Part shown: positions 16,850 to 26,431 of the stretch, one piece after another | How the letters are laid out: each line of letters starts with the position of its first letter | How positions within the stretch are numbered: the first letter of the stretch is position 1 | Assembly (NCBI GenBank): GCA_009922585.1 | Contig: RFVE01000002.1 | Span: 1-43,985 of the forward strand | DNA from: Planctomycetia bacterium | GTDB lineage: Bacteria > Planctomycetota > Planctomycetia > Pirellulales > UBA1268 | Direction: 5' to 3' | DNA length: 43,985 bases | The notes under the pieces: generated by a model | What the model was told of the DNA's origin: nothing | What the model saw: only the letters and a program-made list of their open reading frames with translations | Database searches by the model: none | Program-made: the position numbers and the translations under genes

Positions 16850-19417
16850 ATGAGCATTGCCCCCTCTTCCTTCCGCCGCCGCATCCGCCGAGCCTCCTCA
16901 GTTGAAGGCCCGCAAGGGTTCTGGGGTGGTTTGCTTGAAACAATTTCGCGGTCGGAGGTGCTTGTCCGCCTCGGGCTTTGCCTGATCGCCGCGGTCGTGC
17001 TGCTGATCCTGCTGCAGGGCTGGTCAGAACCATTTTCGTTCCGGCTGGGATCGGTCGCCCCGCGTGGAGTCGTCGCCCGATTTGCCTTTGAAAAACCCGA
17101 CCTCGATCGGACACGTGCTGCACAGGAGCGTGCAACGTCACAGGTGAGGGTGGTCTACGCCCAGGACCGATCACCGCTGCTCCGCATACGTGATGGCCTC
17201 AAGAACCGCGTCGCGGAAATCGCGGCTGCCGAAACACTTGCCGGTGTGTCACGCGACGCCTGGTTGGAATTCGCTCCTGAGACAGCTCCTGTGCTGGAAC
17301 GGCTTCCCGTCCCCGTCCCCGGTACAAAGGTTGCCCCAGTGCAGCCCCCAATCGCGCCGGAACCACCCGACCTGCCAATCCCTCAGACGCCACCACTGGA
17401 CGAATCGCCAGGTGCCACTCCTGAGACTGACGAGAACACCCCGGTTGATTCCGAACAAGACAGTGCCACCGCCCCATCGCCCACTCCTGAAACAGCGACG
17501 CAAGCTGATGCCGGACTGGCTAATGCCGTGGTCAGGGGCCGCGGCCAACCATCCCAACCTGGAGCCGCGCCAGCACAGCCGGCAGTTACCGAGTTCGCGC
17601 GACAAAAGCTTGAGGCCGAACAGGCCTTCACCGCCTTCCGCAACAGGGTTGGCACCAAGGAAAAGCTGCTCGAGTTCAACAAGGCGATCGATCGTGCTTT
17701 TGCTCCACTGGAACAGCAGGGCGTGCTCGAAAAGATTCAGCATGGCCTTGACGACGGCAGCCAGACTGAGATCGACGTCCATCCGATCGGCAACGTAACC
17801 GAAATGTTACGCGTCCAGGTTGCCGAGGTGCTGCTGGGTGAGGCGAAGATTCGGCTCAAGGGCCGGCTCGCTGAAGAACTTGGCAGCGGCCCATTGACCG
17901 ACCGGGTCTTCACCTGGATCGACCCGCGGCTGACCGGCTCTCTCGAACTTGATGGCGAGTCCACCGCCAAGGCCAAGACCGAGGCGATCGAAAAAACTCC
18001 CAAACAGTTTGTCCGTTATGCCGCTGGTGATCTGCTGGTTCCAGCCGGGCAGGAAATCACCGCCGACGAACTAACGCTGCTAAAGCTTGAGCATGACGAG
18101 GCGATGCTACAGCAACCGCTGGGCCAGCAACTCGGCCGCGCCATCTCGATGCTCGGTCTTTTCATCGCCATGTTCACCCTGGCCGGGTTTTATCTGCACC
18201 TGCACCACCGTGCGGTATTGAACGATCTTGGGCACGTTGCGACGCTGCTGACACTGGTGGTTGCAACGACGGCGGTCTGCTTTTTTGCCGCCAATGATGC
18301 CTGGCGGGCTGAGATTCTGCCACTGCTTGTCTTCGCCATGACCGTCGCGATCGCCTATGACGAAGATCTTTCGCTGCTGCTGGTTGCCCAGGTGGCGCTC
18401 GTTTTAGTGACCGGCCTTGGCCACGGCCTGGCCGACTACATCACGCTGACAGCCGCTTCAGCGGCAACAATTTTCTGGATGGGCCAGATACGTAGCCGCA
18501 GCAAGCTGATTTATGTCGGGCTCTGGGCCGGTGCCGTCGCCATCGCCACGCAAATTGGCGCGAATTTGCTGGAAGAACATCCGCTTGACCTCACCCTTTT
18601 GTTCGAGGCGGCCCGTACTGGCGTCTGGACGCTTCTGGCCGGCTTCCTGATGACTGGTCTGTTGCCCTTTATTGAAAAGACTTTTGGGGTGCTGACTGAT
18701 CTCAGCCTGCTTGAGATTGGTGATGTTGCCCACCCGTTGCTGCAGGAGTTGGTACGGAGGGCACCCGGCACCTACAACCACTCGATCAACGTTGCCAGCA
18801 TCGGTGAGGCAGCGGCCGAAGCGATTGGTGCGCGTGGTCTGCTGGTGCGGGTGGGGGGCTACTTCCATGACGTTGGCAAGATGCTCAAACCAGCGTATTA
18901 CGTTGAGAACCAGAATCGCCAGGAAAATCGGCACGAAACGCTCGTGCCAGCCATGAGCAGCCTGATCATCATCGCCCATGTCAAGGAAGGTGCTGAACTG
19001 GCTCGGCAGTACAACCTGCCCCAGCCGATTATTGACCTGCTCCTCGAGCATCACGGCACGACCCTGGTCGAATACTTTTATCGCCGGGCCGCCGAAAAGT
19101 CTCAGAACGACCCTCATGGGGGCGGTGTGGATGAGCAGACCTTCCGCTATCCCGGCCCCCGCCCCAGCACGCGGGAGTCGGCTGTCCTGATGCTTTCTGA
19201 TGCTGTTGAGAGTGCCAGTCGTTCACTGTCAGAACCGACTCCGGCTCGAATCACCAGCCTCGTACACGACTTGGCCATGAAGCGACTGCTCGATGGTCAA
19301 TTTGAGGACTGCGGCTTGACTCTTGAGGAGCTACGGCTGATCGAACAGAGTCTCGTGAAGAGCCTGACGGCGGTCTATCACGGCCGAGTGAAGTACCCAG
19401 ACCAGAGGACAGCCTAG
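16850..19417 (+). CDS. 7TM-receptor HD-domain phosphohydrolase (PgpH/YqfF-like)
   Basis: N-terminal extracellular region containing a Pro/Glu/Thr-rich low-complexity insert, then a block of about 7 TM helices, then the HD domain (HSINVASIGEAAA, YFHDVGKMLKPAYYVEN, HVKEGAELA, EHHGTTLVEYFY). Confidence 0.9.
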   Translation: MSIAPSSFRRRIRRASSVEGPQGFWGGLLETISRSEVLVRLGLCLIAAVVLLILLQGWSEPFSFRLGSVAPRGVVARFAFEKPDLDRTRAAQERATSQVRVVYAQDRSPLLRIRDGLKNRVAEIAAAETLAGVSRDAWLEFAPETAPVLERLPVPVPGTKVAPVQPPIAPEPPDLPIPQTPPLDESPGATPETDENTPVDSEQDSATAPSPTPETATQADAGLANAVVRGRGQPSQPGAAPAQPAVTEFARQKLEAEQAFTAFRNRVGTKEKLLEFNKAIDRAFAPLEQQGVLEKIQHGLDDGSQTEIDVHPIGNVTEMLRVQVAEVLLGEAKIRLKGRLAEELGSGPLTDRVFTWIDPRLTGSLELDGESTAKAKTEAIEKTPKQFVRYAAGDLLVPAGQEITADELTLLKLEHDEAMLQQPLGQQLGRAISMLGLFIAMFTLAGFYLHLHHRAVLNDLGHVATLLTLVVATTAVCFFAANDAWRAEILPLLVFAMTVAIAYDEDLSLLLVAQVALVLVTGLGHGLADYITLTAASAATIFWMGQIRSRSKLIYVGLWAGAVAIATQIGANLLEEHPLDLTLLFEAARTGVWTLLAGFLMTGLLPFIEKTFGVLTDLSLLEIGDVAHPLLQELVRRAPGTYNHSINVASIGEAAAEAIGARGLLVRVGGYFHDVGKMLKPAYYVENQNRQENRHETLVPAMSSLIIIAHVKEGAELARQYNLPQPIIDLLLEHHGTTLVEYFYRRAAEKSQNDPHGGGVDEQTFRYPGPRPSTRESAVLMLSDAVESASRSLSEPTPARITSLVHDLAMKRLLDGQFEDCGLTLEELRLIEQSLVKSLTAVYHGRVKYPDQRTA

Positions 19418-20007
19418 TGGCAGCGGAGAGGCGTCGCTCCGTCGGGCCTTGGCCGGCGGCAGCCCAGTCTCCAGGAGCACCAGGCTGGCAGATAGCCTGT
19501 AGCAATCGGCAACGCCGGCTGACGGTGCGGCAATCCGATATCCGTGGGCTATTTATTGCCGCACTTATCGAGCTCAAGGCTGCCGAGGTCGATCTTAGCA
19601 TTGCAATTGTCAATGACACCGAAATTGCCCAGCTTCACGCCCGTTGGCTGGACATTCCCGACCCGACGGATGTTCTCAGTTTTGACCTCAGCGGGACTCC
19701 AGGGCCGAAACGCCCACAGTCAGCAGGCCTCCGAGTGGTGGGCGAAGTCATAGCCAGTGGTGAAACCGCAGTTCGCGAGGCAGCGCGATACCACTGGCGA
19801 CCGGAGCATGAATTGGCATATTACCTCCTGCATGGACTCCTGCATCTCTGTGGTTTTGATGATCTGCAACCCGGCCCACGGCGGGCGATGCGTCGCCGTG
19901 AACGGCAACTCATGCAGGCCATCGGCCTGCCAACTCCGCCGCGGCGAACCGGCCGAGGCAGTCGCAGTCCCTCGTCTGCACCGATGCCACCCAGGATGAG
20001 ACACTGA
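19417..20007 (+). CDS. ybeY: rRNA maturation endoribonuclease YbeY
   Basis: PTDVLSFDL and the zinc motif LLHGLLHLCGFDD. The GTG at 19417 overlaps the preceding TAG by 1 nt. The true start may lie further downstream, because the N-terminal 30-40 aa look non-conserved. Confidence 0.85.
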   Translation: MAAERRRSVGPWPAAAQSPGAPGWQIACSNRQRRLTVRQSDIRGLFIAALIELKAAEVDLSIAIVNDTEIAQLHARWLDIPDPTDVLSFDLSGTPGPKRPQSAGLRVVGEVIASGETAVREAARYHWRPEHELAYYLLHGLLHLCGFDDLQPGPRRAMRRRERQLMQAIGLPTPPRRTGRGSRSPSSAPMPPRMRH

Positions 20008-21269
20008 TGCAGACAGCTCTCATTCTCCTGATCCTGGCGATGCTCGCTGCCATTCAGGCACGGGCTATTCGTGGCACTCGGCGGCACCACCTGCAAGAAC
20101 TCTGCCGCAGCCTGGGAAGCCCCGAGGCCTACGACGAGATTATGACCGCTGGTGGAACGATTGCCTTCGTGGCAGCAAGTGCGGTTGTGATCACAGCCGT
20201 GATCGCCACCATGGTGATCAGCCATCAGTCACTGGAGGGTGTCGCAACATTCTGGCTTGCCTGCGGCTGGACGTTGCTGTCCTGGGTCATGCTGGTGATT
20301 ATCCCCACTGCCACCACCCGGCTGGCCGGAGGCTGGGTAGTGGCAGCAACCTGGTGGCTCTGGCGGCCTCTTGTCAGGCTGGCCGGGCCGCTGATGACGG
20401 TGGGCCGCTCGGTCTTTCGGCTGATCAGTCGCTTTCTTCCCGGCAAAGGGACGAGCAACGCCGACGAGTCTCAGGATGAAATCCGCCTGGCCATGGAAGA
20501 GGCTCATCGCGAGGGGCACCTCGATGAGGAGGCCCGGGAAATGATTGAGGGAGTGATGGAACTTGAAGACGTTCAGGTTTCCGAGATCATGACGCCTCGA
20601 ACCGAAATGGTGGCGATCCCACTGGCAGACGGCTGGTCGGCGGCGGTGACGATTGCCATCGATAGTGGACACTCACGACTACCGGTCTGGCGAGCCTCGA
20701 CCGATGACATTGTTGGGGTGTTGCATGCCCGGGAAGTACTAGCAGAATTGGCCCGTATCCGCTCGGTGGCTAATGAGCCGGAACGAGAACCACCCGATCT
20801 CACCACGCTCATGCGGTCTCCTTACTTCATCCCAGAAACAATGAGCGTTCAGAAACTGCTGCGCGAACTTCAACGGGGCAACTCGCATATGGCGATCGTC
20901 ACGGATGAGTTTGGTGGTGTCTGTGGCCTTGTCACTATCGAGGATGCCCTCGAAGAAATTGTCGGAGAGATCGCTGACGAGCATGACGAAGCCTTTACCG
21001 ACGGCATCCTTGTACTCTCGGAGGATGCCTGCGAAACGCTTGCCAATGTGCCCACCGATGACTTGAATGAGCGGATGCACTTTGGCCTGCCGGAAGAGGC
21101 CGACTTCGACACCATCGGCGGCTTCGCCTTTCATGTGTTTGGTCGGATTCCACAGGTGGGTGAACGAATAGAGGCTGACGGAGTGTCCATCGAGGTATTG
21201 GCGGCTACCCGCCGGCGGATCACCCGGCTGCGGGTATCGCGGGTGAGTACACCGGCGGATCCGTTATGA
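20007..21269 (+). CDS. DUF21/CNNM - CBS pair - CorC_HlyC domain protein (hemolysin/TlyC-CorC family)
   Basis: N-terminal TM region, IMTPRTEMVAI, SRLPVW, HMAIVTDEFGGVCGLVTIEDALEEIVGEIADEHD, and a C-terminal transporter-associated domain. There is a TGATG overlap with ybeY. Confidence 0.9.
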   Translation: MQTALILLILAMLAAIQARAIRGTRRHHLQELCRSLGSPEAYDEIMTAGGTIAFVAASAVVITAVIATMVISHQSLEGVATFWLACGWTLLSWVMLVIIPTATTRLAGGWVVAATWWLWRPLVRLAGPLMTVGRSVFRLISRFLPGKGTSNADESQDEIRLAMEEAHREGHLDEEAREMIEGVMELEDVQVSEIMTPRTEMVAIPLADGWSAAVTIAIDSGHSRLPVWRASTDDIVGVLHAREVLAELARIRSVANEPEREPPDLTTLMRSPYFIPETMSVQKLLRELQRGNSHMAIVTDEFGGVCGLVTIEDALEEIVGEIADEHDEAFTDGILVLSEDACETLANVPTDDLNERMHFGLPEEADFDTIGGFAFHVFGRIPQVGERIEADGVSIEVLAATRRRITRLRVSRVSTPADPL

Positions 21270-22081
21270 CGGCCGACAAGACGCGGGCACTTGTTCTTCG
21301 AGCCATTCCTTTCGGTGAAACCAGTGCCATTGTCACCCTGCTCACCCGCGACCATGGCAAGGTGCGGGGGCTGGCGAAGGGAGCGTGGCGGCCTAAGAGC
21401 AGCTTTGACGCCGCCCTTGACCTGCTTTCGGTCTGTCAGGTACTCGTTCTCCGCCGCTCTGCCAACAGCCTCGACCTTTTGACCGAGGCCTTTCTGGAGC
21501 AGCGATTCCGTGTCGGTGACTGTCAGGCGGCGGTCGCTGCCGGACTCTACCTCGCCGAACTCCTTGATGCCGTCACCGTTGATGCCGACCCGCAACCCAC
21601 CCTCTTTGATCTCGCACGGACGACAGTCGGGCTGCTCTCGCAGCCTCGACCCGGCACCAATCAAGACCAAACCATCACGTGGTCAAAAAACACAGCTGGG
21701 ATCGCTGCCCTACTGGTCCACGCCGAACTGGGCATCCTGCGGGAAATCGGCCAGCAACCGGCCCTCCACCGTTGCGCAGAGTGCGGAACACCACTGGAGG
21801 GCAGCCGAATCGCCTTCGGCCTGCTTGCCGGTGGTGGGCTCTGCCCCCGCTGCCGCCGCGGTCAGCGACCGGTTGTGTCAGTCTCGGCAGCAGCGGTCCA
21901 CCTGCTCCGGAAGCTTGCCGTCGAACCAATCCTGCCGAATCAGGATCAACCTGCGGCTACCGCGTTGGGAGAGGTTCGCGCCGTTATGAACACTGTGATC
22001 ACGAACCTCCTGGGACGCCGCCTGAAGACCAGCCACTGGCTGACGACCTCCCTCGCCTTTTCCCCGGGGAACCACCGATGA
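21266..22081 (+). CDS. recO: DNA repair protein RecO
   Basis: OB-fold N-terminus ALVLRAIPFGETSAIVTLLTRDHGKVRGLAKGA and the Cys4 motif CAECG...CPRC. There is an ATGA overlap with the upstream gene. Confidence 0.85.
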   Translation: MTADKTRALVLRAIPFGETSAIVTLLTRDHGKVRGLAKGAWRPKSSFDAALDLLSVCQVLVLRRSANSLDLLTEAFLEQRFRVGDCQAAVAAGLYLAELLDAVTVDADPQPTLFDLARTTVGLLSQPRPGTNQDQTITWSKNTAGIAALLVHAELGILREIGQQPALHRCAECGTPLEGSRIAFGLLAGGGLCPRCRRGQRPVVSVSAAAVHLLRKLAVEPILPNQDQPAATALGEVRAVMNTVITNLLGRRLKTSHWLTTSLAFSPGNHR

Positions 22082-23291
22082 ACGCTGCAAATTTTTTAGG
22101 CCCCTGGCTCCGGCCAGCCCTGCGGGGCTGCACGGCGGCACTCGTCATTGCTGTTACCGGAGGCTGCGCGAGCCTGACAAAGCCTCCCTGGCCTTGGAAC
22201 AATGGCAGCGACGTCACCGCGGACTTGGCCGAGGAGGATAGTTCTTCGGTGATTTCCTCAGAATACGCTGGGGCCGAGGAGGATTTCGGCTGGAACGCCC
22301 TCAAAGGCGAGACCTTGAAGCGGCGATTTAAGAAACTCGTTGGCCGGGGACCAAACGAGTCGGTAGCAAAGCAGGCTTTTGATGAAGCCGATGACCTGTT
22401 CCAGCAAAAAGAGTACGCCAAGGCACTCAAGCGATACCGCAAGGTGATCGACCGTTGGCCCGATTCAGCTCTTGAAGAGGATGCCCTGTGGCAGTCGGCC
22501 GAATGCCTGTTCTTTACCGACCAGTACCCCAAGGCCGAGGACGAATACGACGGCCTGGTGAAGAAAACGAGAAACGGCATCTGCCCTTGCTGGTACCAAA
22601 CGTGATAGACCGTAGTCGCCCACTGTTTGATACCCGTGGTCGGGCCATGAAGGCCTACGAGCATGTCCGGCTCAACGACCCCCGGGGACCACTGGCTGAC
22701 GACAGCCTGATGGCCGAGGCCAACGCCCACTTCCTCAGCCGTGAGTGGCTCGATGCCGACTACTTCTATTCACTGCTACGGACTGAATACCCTGACAGTG
22801 AGTTTCTGATGCCAGCCCATCTGTTTGCCCTTCAGGCCAAGCTGAAGGCTTATCAGGGGCCAACCTATGAAGGGGGCATGCTTGACGAGGCTGAGATTCT
22901 CGCCGACCAGATTCTGGTGCAGTTTCCCGATCAACTCAGCACCGAAGAGGAACAGCGGGTGGTGCGAAGCCGGGCCGAGATCGCCGCCCAACAGGCCCTC
23001 CGTCACTGGAAGCGAGCCGAGTTCTACAAGAAGGGAAATCACTATACATCAGCCCGCATCTACTACGCCCTGATCGCCCGGGACTACCCCAAGACAATGC
23101 TGGCCCAGCAGTCTCGTGACCGGCTGGAGGAATTGGCCGGCCTTGAAGACGTCAGCGATGACCCTTTCCCTGCGCTCACCGCCTTCCTCAACCCCGACTC
23201 ACTGAAGGAAGCCGAACTTGATGCGATGGCAGAGGCCGAAACGGCAATTGCCCGCCAAGACAACTCGGGTGAGAGCCCACCGCTGCGATGA
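22078..23291 (+). pseudogene. BamD/YfiO-like TPR outer-membrane lipoprotein gene, split by a 1-nt frameshift near 22564-22567
   Basis: Frame 1 starts at the ATG at 22078 with a lipoprotein signal (MNAANFLGPWLRPALRGCTAALVIAVTGGCAS) and BamD-like text (AFDEADDLFQQKEYAKALKRYRKVIDRWPDSALEEDALWQSAECLFFTDQYPKAEDEYDGLVKK). It then runs into junk and a stop at 22605. The sensible continuation (NEKRHLPLLVPNVIDRS...AEANAHFLSREWLDADYFYSLLRTEYPDSEF...KKGNHYTSARIYYALIARDYPKT) lies in the -1 frame and ends at 23291. Confidence 0.7.
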
Positions 23292-23707
23292 ACCGATTAC
23301 TGCCCTCTCAGCTTGACCGCCGGCATCTTCTGGGTGGGCTTGCCTGCCTATTGCCGAGCTTGATTGGCTGTGCGAGTTACCGGTTCGGTAACAGCACGCT
23401 CTACGCAGCAAACGTACGGACCATCTATGTGCCACTGTTTCAGTGCGATAGCTTCCGGGTGGTTCCAGCGGTCGATCTCGGTGAGCGTCTGACCGTCGAG
23501 ATGAATCTCCAGGTACTTGTTACCTGGGCCGACCGCGGTGGAACGGTGCTGGCGTCCGGTGCTGTCCCAGTCCCGGCGGCCAGCGTCGACGTCGGGCAGT
23601 CGGCTGCACTCGTTCCGGAATATGGCCGGTCAGTCATCAGCACCCAGCAGGAGGGCATCGTCAAGATGGCCCAGCAGATCGTCGGCCTGATGGAAGAGCC
23701 GTGGTGA
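23288..23707 (+). CDS. Small lipoprotein (tentatively LptE-like)
   Basis: Signal peptide plus lipobox LLPSLIGCASYRFGN. There is an ATGA overlap with the upstream gene. The functional label comes only from general resemblance, including the C-terminal QQIVGLMEEPW. Confidence 0.6.
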   Translation: MNRLLPSQLDRRHLLGGLACLLPSLIGCASYRFGNSTLYAANVRTIYVPLFQCDSFRVVPAVDLGERLTVEMNLQVLVTWADRGGTVLASGAVPVPAASVDVGQSAALVPEYGRSVISTQQEGIVKMAQQIVGLMEEPW

Positions 23708-24639
23708 TGACAGTCACTCCACGTCCGACTCAATGGCAGCTGCGAACTCGGCAACTCCCACTGCCCGCATTAGGCCAGCCGCCGCTGCTGATGGGTATTG
23801 TGAACGTTACCCCCGACAGCTTTTCCGACGGTGGAAGACATACCGATATCGAGGCGGCTGTCGACCACGGACTGCAACTGGCCGCTGCCGGGGCCGACAT
23901 TCTTGACGTTGGCGGTGAAAGCACCCGCCCCTTTGCCGATCCGGTGGCGGCTGAGGAAGAGTGGCGGCGAGTCGGCGAGGTGATCCGGCGGCTGGCAGCA
24001 GAGTCTAGGCTGCCGGTGTCAATCGACACCTCAAAGCCAGTGGTAGCCGAGCAAGCAATCGCCGCCGGCGCTGAGATCATCAACGATGTCACCGGGCTGG
24101 AAGGTGACCCGGCGATGGCTGAACTGGCTCAGGCAACGGGAGTCGGCGTCTGCGCGATGCACATGCAGGGCACACCGCAGACCATGCAACTCGAACCCCG
24201 CTATGACAATGTCGTAGCAGAGATTCATGACTATCTTCGCCAGCGGCGGGACGCCCTGCTGGCAGCCGGCATTGCCCCTGCTGCAATCTGTCTCGACCCA
24301 GGAATCGGCTTTGGCAAGACCCATCAGCACAACCTGCAGCTCATGCAAAGAGCTGGTCACTTCTTAGACCTTGGCTGCCCAATTCTGGTGGGCCACTCAC
24401 GCAAGGGTTTTCTCGGCAAACTCATGAGTCAGCTTCATGACCACGAGCCCACCCTCATTGAACGCGACCTCGCCACCGCAGCAACCGCCTGCAGCCTCGC
24501 TGCCCAAGGCATTCAGATCATCCGCATCCACGATGTGGCATCAGCCCGAATTGCATTAACGACTTTTTTGGCCACATTTACTGCGGCGGAGGTCCCAGTC
24601 AAGCCATTGCCGCCCGAGCAGCCGCCACGCACTGCCTAA
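23707..24639 (+). CDS. folP: Dihydropteroate synthase
   Basis: MGIVNVTPDSFSDGG, DVGGESTRPFADPV, VSIDTSKPVVAEQAI, IINDVTG, MHMQGTPQTM, DPGIGFGKT. The ATG at 23707 overlaps the preceding TGA by 1 nt. The track ORF starts at a GTG at 23701. Confidence 0.9.
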   Translation: MTVTPRPTQWQLRTRQLPLPALGQPPLLMGIVNVTPDSFSDGGRHTDIEAAVDHGLQLAAAGADILDVGGESTRPFADPVAAEEEWRRVGEVIRRLAAESRLPVSIDTSKPVVAEQAIAAGAEIINDVTGLEGDPAMAELAQATGVGVCAMHMQGTPQTMQLEPRYDNVVAEIHDYLRQRRDALLAAGIAPAAICLDPGIGFGKTHQHNLQLMQRAGHFLDLGCPILVGHSRKGFLGKLMSQLHDHEPTLIERDLATAATACSLAAQGIQIIRIHDVASARIALTTFLATFTAAEVPVKPLPPEQPPRTA

Positions 24640-25483
24640 TGTCATTGAGTGGATTTTCTGGGTGTTCCTCATATTCCAATGACAGAGCCCCATCCGCCGG
24701 GAATCGCACCTGCTTCAAGGCTGCAAAAACTGCCCGAAGGTCAAGGTGCCCCTGGCCTAGGATGACGCCTTGTGTCTTCTTCTTCATCTCAGCGAAATCT
24801 TTCAGGTGAATTCCATAGAGCCTGCCCTGCAGGAGCCGAATGACTTCGGTGGGCCGTTCTGCTGACCGAATGTAGTGGCCAAGATCTGCACACGCCCCAA
24901 TTCGTTCATCGCGGTTTTCAATCGCCCGCAGCACGTCTATCACCTTGCTATAGCGATGACCGGGCCCGTGGTTGTGAATGGCAATCCGAATGTCAAATTC
25001 CCGAACGAGTTCATCGAGACTGTCGAATGACTCCGGAAGCGGGTCGGCGGTAATCGTCGGAATCCCGGCCAGTTTTGCAAACTGAAAAACCTTTCGGTTT
25101 GCATCGACATCTGCGGTGAAACGATTGACGCCATGGGCGGAGATCGTGAGCCCTGCGGCTGTCACCTTGCTGACCGTTTGGGCAATCACTGCGGGGTCAT
25201 CTGTGACTGGGAACATGCCCCCATAGAATTCGATCGATTCAAAGCCCAGATCACGAGCATGGCTGATCGCCTGATCCAGGCTGAATTTCCGCAGCGAAAA
25301 AGCCTGAATGCCCAGCCTGAAGTCAACCGCTGGGGCAGCAGTTACTGATCGCAGACTCCTGACAAAACACCCCTGTACGACGGCAGAACAGAATACTCTT
25401 CGGCCAAATTGCTTTGCCATCCAATTCTTCGTGGATGGCTCTTCGGATCGCACGTGACGACGTGTTTTCAGATTCAATTTCAT
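24599..25483 (-). CDS. Sugar phosphate isomerase/epimerase (xylose isomerase-like TIM barrel), probably secreted
   Basis: GIQAFSLRKF...ARDLGFESIEFYGG, ISAHGVNRF, IAIHNHGPGHRY, ACADLGHY, GIHLKDF, SLEYE. The N-terminus has a signal-like stretch. An alternative start is the ATG at 25420. Confidence 0.8.
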   Translation of the reverse strand: MKLNLKTRRHVRSEEPSTKNWMAKQFGRRVFCSAVVQGCFVRSLRSVTAAPAVDFRLGIQAFSLRKFSLDQAISHARDLGFESIEFYGGMFPVTDDPAVIAQTVSKVTAAGLTISAHGVNRFTADVDANRKVFQFAKLAGIPTITADPLPESFDSLDELVREFDIRIAIHNHGPGHRYSKVIDVLRAIENRDERIGACADLGHYIRSAERPTEVIRLLQGRLYGIHLKDFAEMKKKTQGVILGQGHLDLRAVFAALKQVRFPADGALSLEYEEHPENPLNDIRQCVAAARAAMA

Positions 25484-25570
25484 TCTTCAAAACACTCCAC
25501 TAAAGGTTGAGGCTGCGCTGATCTTCAGCAGCCTTTCGATCAAAAAAATGCAGAAAAAAGATTGCGTGAG

Positions 25571-26431
25571 CTACTTCTCTAGACGTTCGGCGCCGGATCT
25601 TTGTGGAACACCAACACCGTCCTGAATTCCTTCCAGCAGTTCAGCCCCATACAGGGCAAGGTTGATTAATTCCGCAGACGCCCAATAGACAAGTGCAAGC
25701 AGACCGAAAAAGAGCGTACCTGTTATCGCTGCAACAAACGCGATCACCAGGAGTTGCAGCTGGTTTCCCAGGCCCTCGGCATTCGCAACACCGTAAGCCA
25801 CTGCAAACAGGCCTACAAGCATCAAAATTGCCCACAGTGCGAGCAGGACATTCCGCAATATGATGAGGATCCGAGCAACAAGTTGCAGCGCGGGGAATTC
25901 ACGTTTGGCCATCGCATTGCCTCCAGTAGCAGAATTTCGCGGCAGCGACTGTGTCTGTGCGTGTCTCTCCTGTCGCCGGGCTTCCCGAGCCTGCTGCCGT
26001 AATTGCTGTTTTTGTTGTTTTTCACGCTGTCGCTCTTCGCGTTCAGCTTGTGCCTGATGCTGTTTCTCGACAATCTGCGTTCTCAATTGGTCGATTTCCT
26101 CGAGTGCCCGGTGGGAAAGCAGATGCGAACACCCACAATTCGGGCAGTTGTCAATTTTCCCGGCCTCTTCCTCCGCAGCCTCCAGCGTTGCCTCACAGCC
26201 AGGACAGGCATAGCCGATGCGATAACCGCCTCGGCCAAACGTCGGTTGCTTCACCACAAACTCGTGGACGAGCCCGAGGAGCAGAGCGGGAGCGTGCCAA
26301 GGACCGCTTGGAGAGAGCCCTATCTGATCCTGCTCAAGCAGCCGATTCCGTTTCCAGAGTCGCCGCAATTCGCGTCTGGCGACCGGTCCCCGGACAGCCC
26401 CCTCCCGAAGAATGAAGTACTCTTCAGCCAC
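25571..26431 (-). CDS. Hypothetical protein: GYF_2-like N-terminus, CxxC...CxxC zinc ribbon, Gln/Arg/Glu coiled coil, C-terminal TM helices
   Basis: EYFILREGAVRGPVARRELRRLW...GPWHAP, then CPGCEATLEAAEEEAGKIDNCPNCGC, then QHQAQAEREERQREKQQKQQLRQQAREARRQERH, then 2-3 hydrophobic helices (LLALWAILMLVGLFAVAYGV, LLVIAFVAAITGTLFFGLLALVYW). Confidence 0.7.
   Translation of the reverse strand: MAEEYFILREGAVRGPVARRELRRLWKRNRLLEQDQIGLSPSGPWHAPALLLGLVHEFVVKQPTFGRGGYRIGYACPGCEATLEAAEEEAGKIDNCPNCGCSHLLSHRALEEIDQLRTQIVEKQHQAQAEREERQREKQQKQQLRQQAREARRQERHAQTQSLPRNSATGGNAMAKREFPALQLVARILIILRNVLLALWAILMLVGLFAVAYGVANAEGLGNQLQLLVIAFVAAITGTLFFGLLALVYWASAELINLALYGAELLEGIQDGVGVPQRSGAERLEK

Noticed and set aside
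22555-22610. Programmed -1 ribosomal frameshift in the BamD-like gene
   Set aside because: The site G-AAG-AAA-ACG is not an X-XXY-YYZ slippery heptamer. After a -1 slip the P-site codon would be GAA, not a cognate Lys codon. I see no obvious downstream stem-loop or pseudoknot. A simple homopolymer indel is more parsimonious.
23288-23707. Suspicion that the small LptE-like lipoprotein (139 aa) has lost an internal segment in frame
   Set aside because: This rests only on my recollection that homologues are longer. It cannot be assessed without an alignment, and the ORF itself is intact with normal start/stop coupling.
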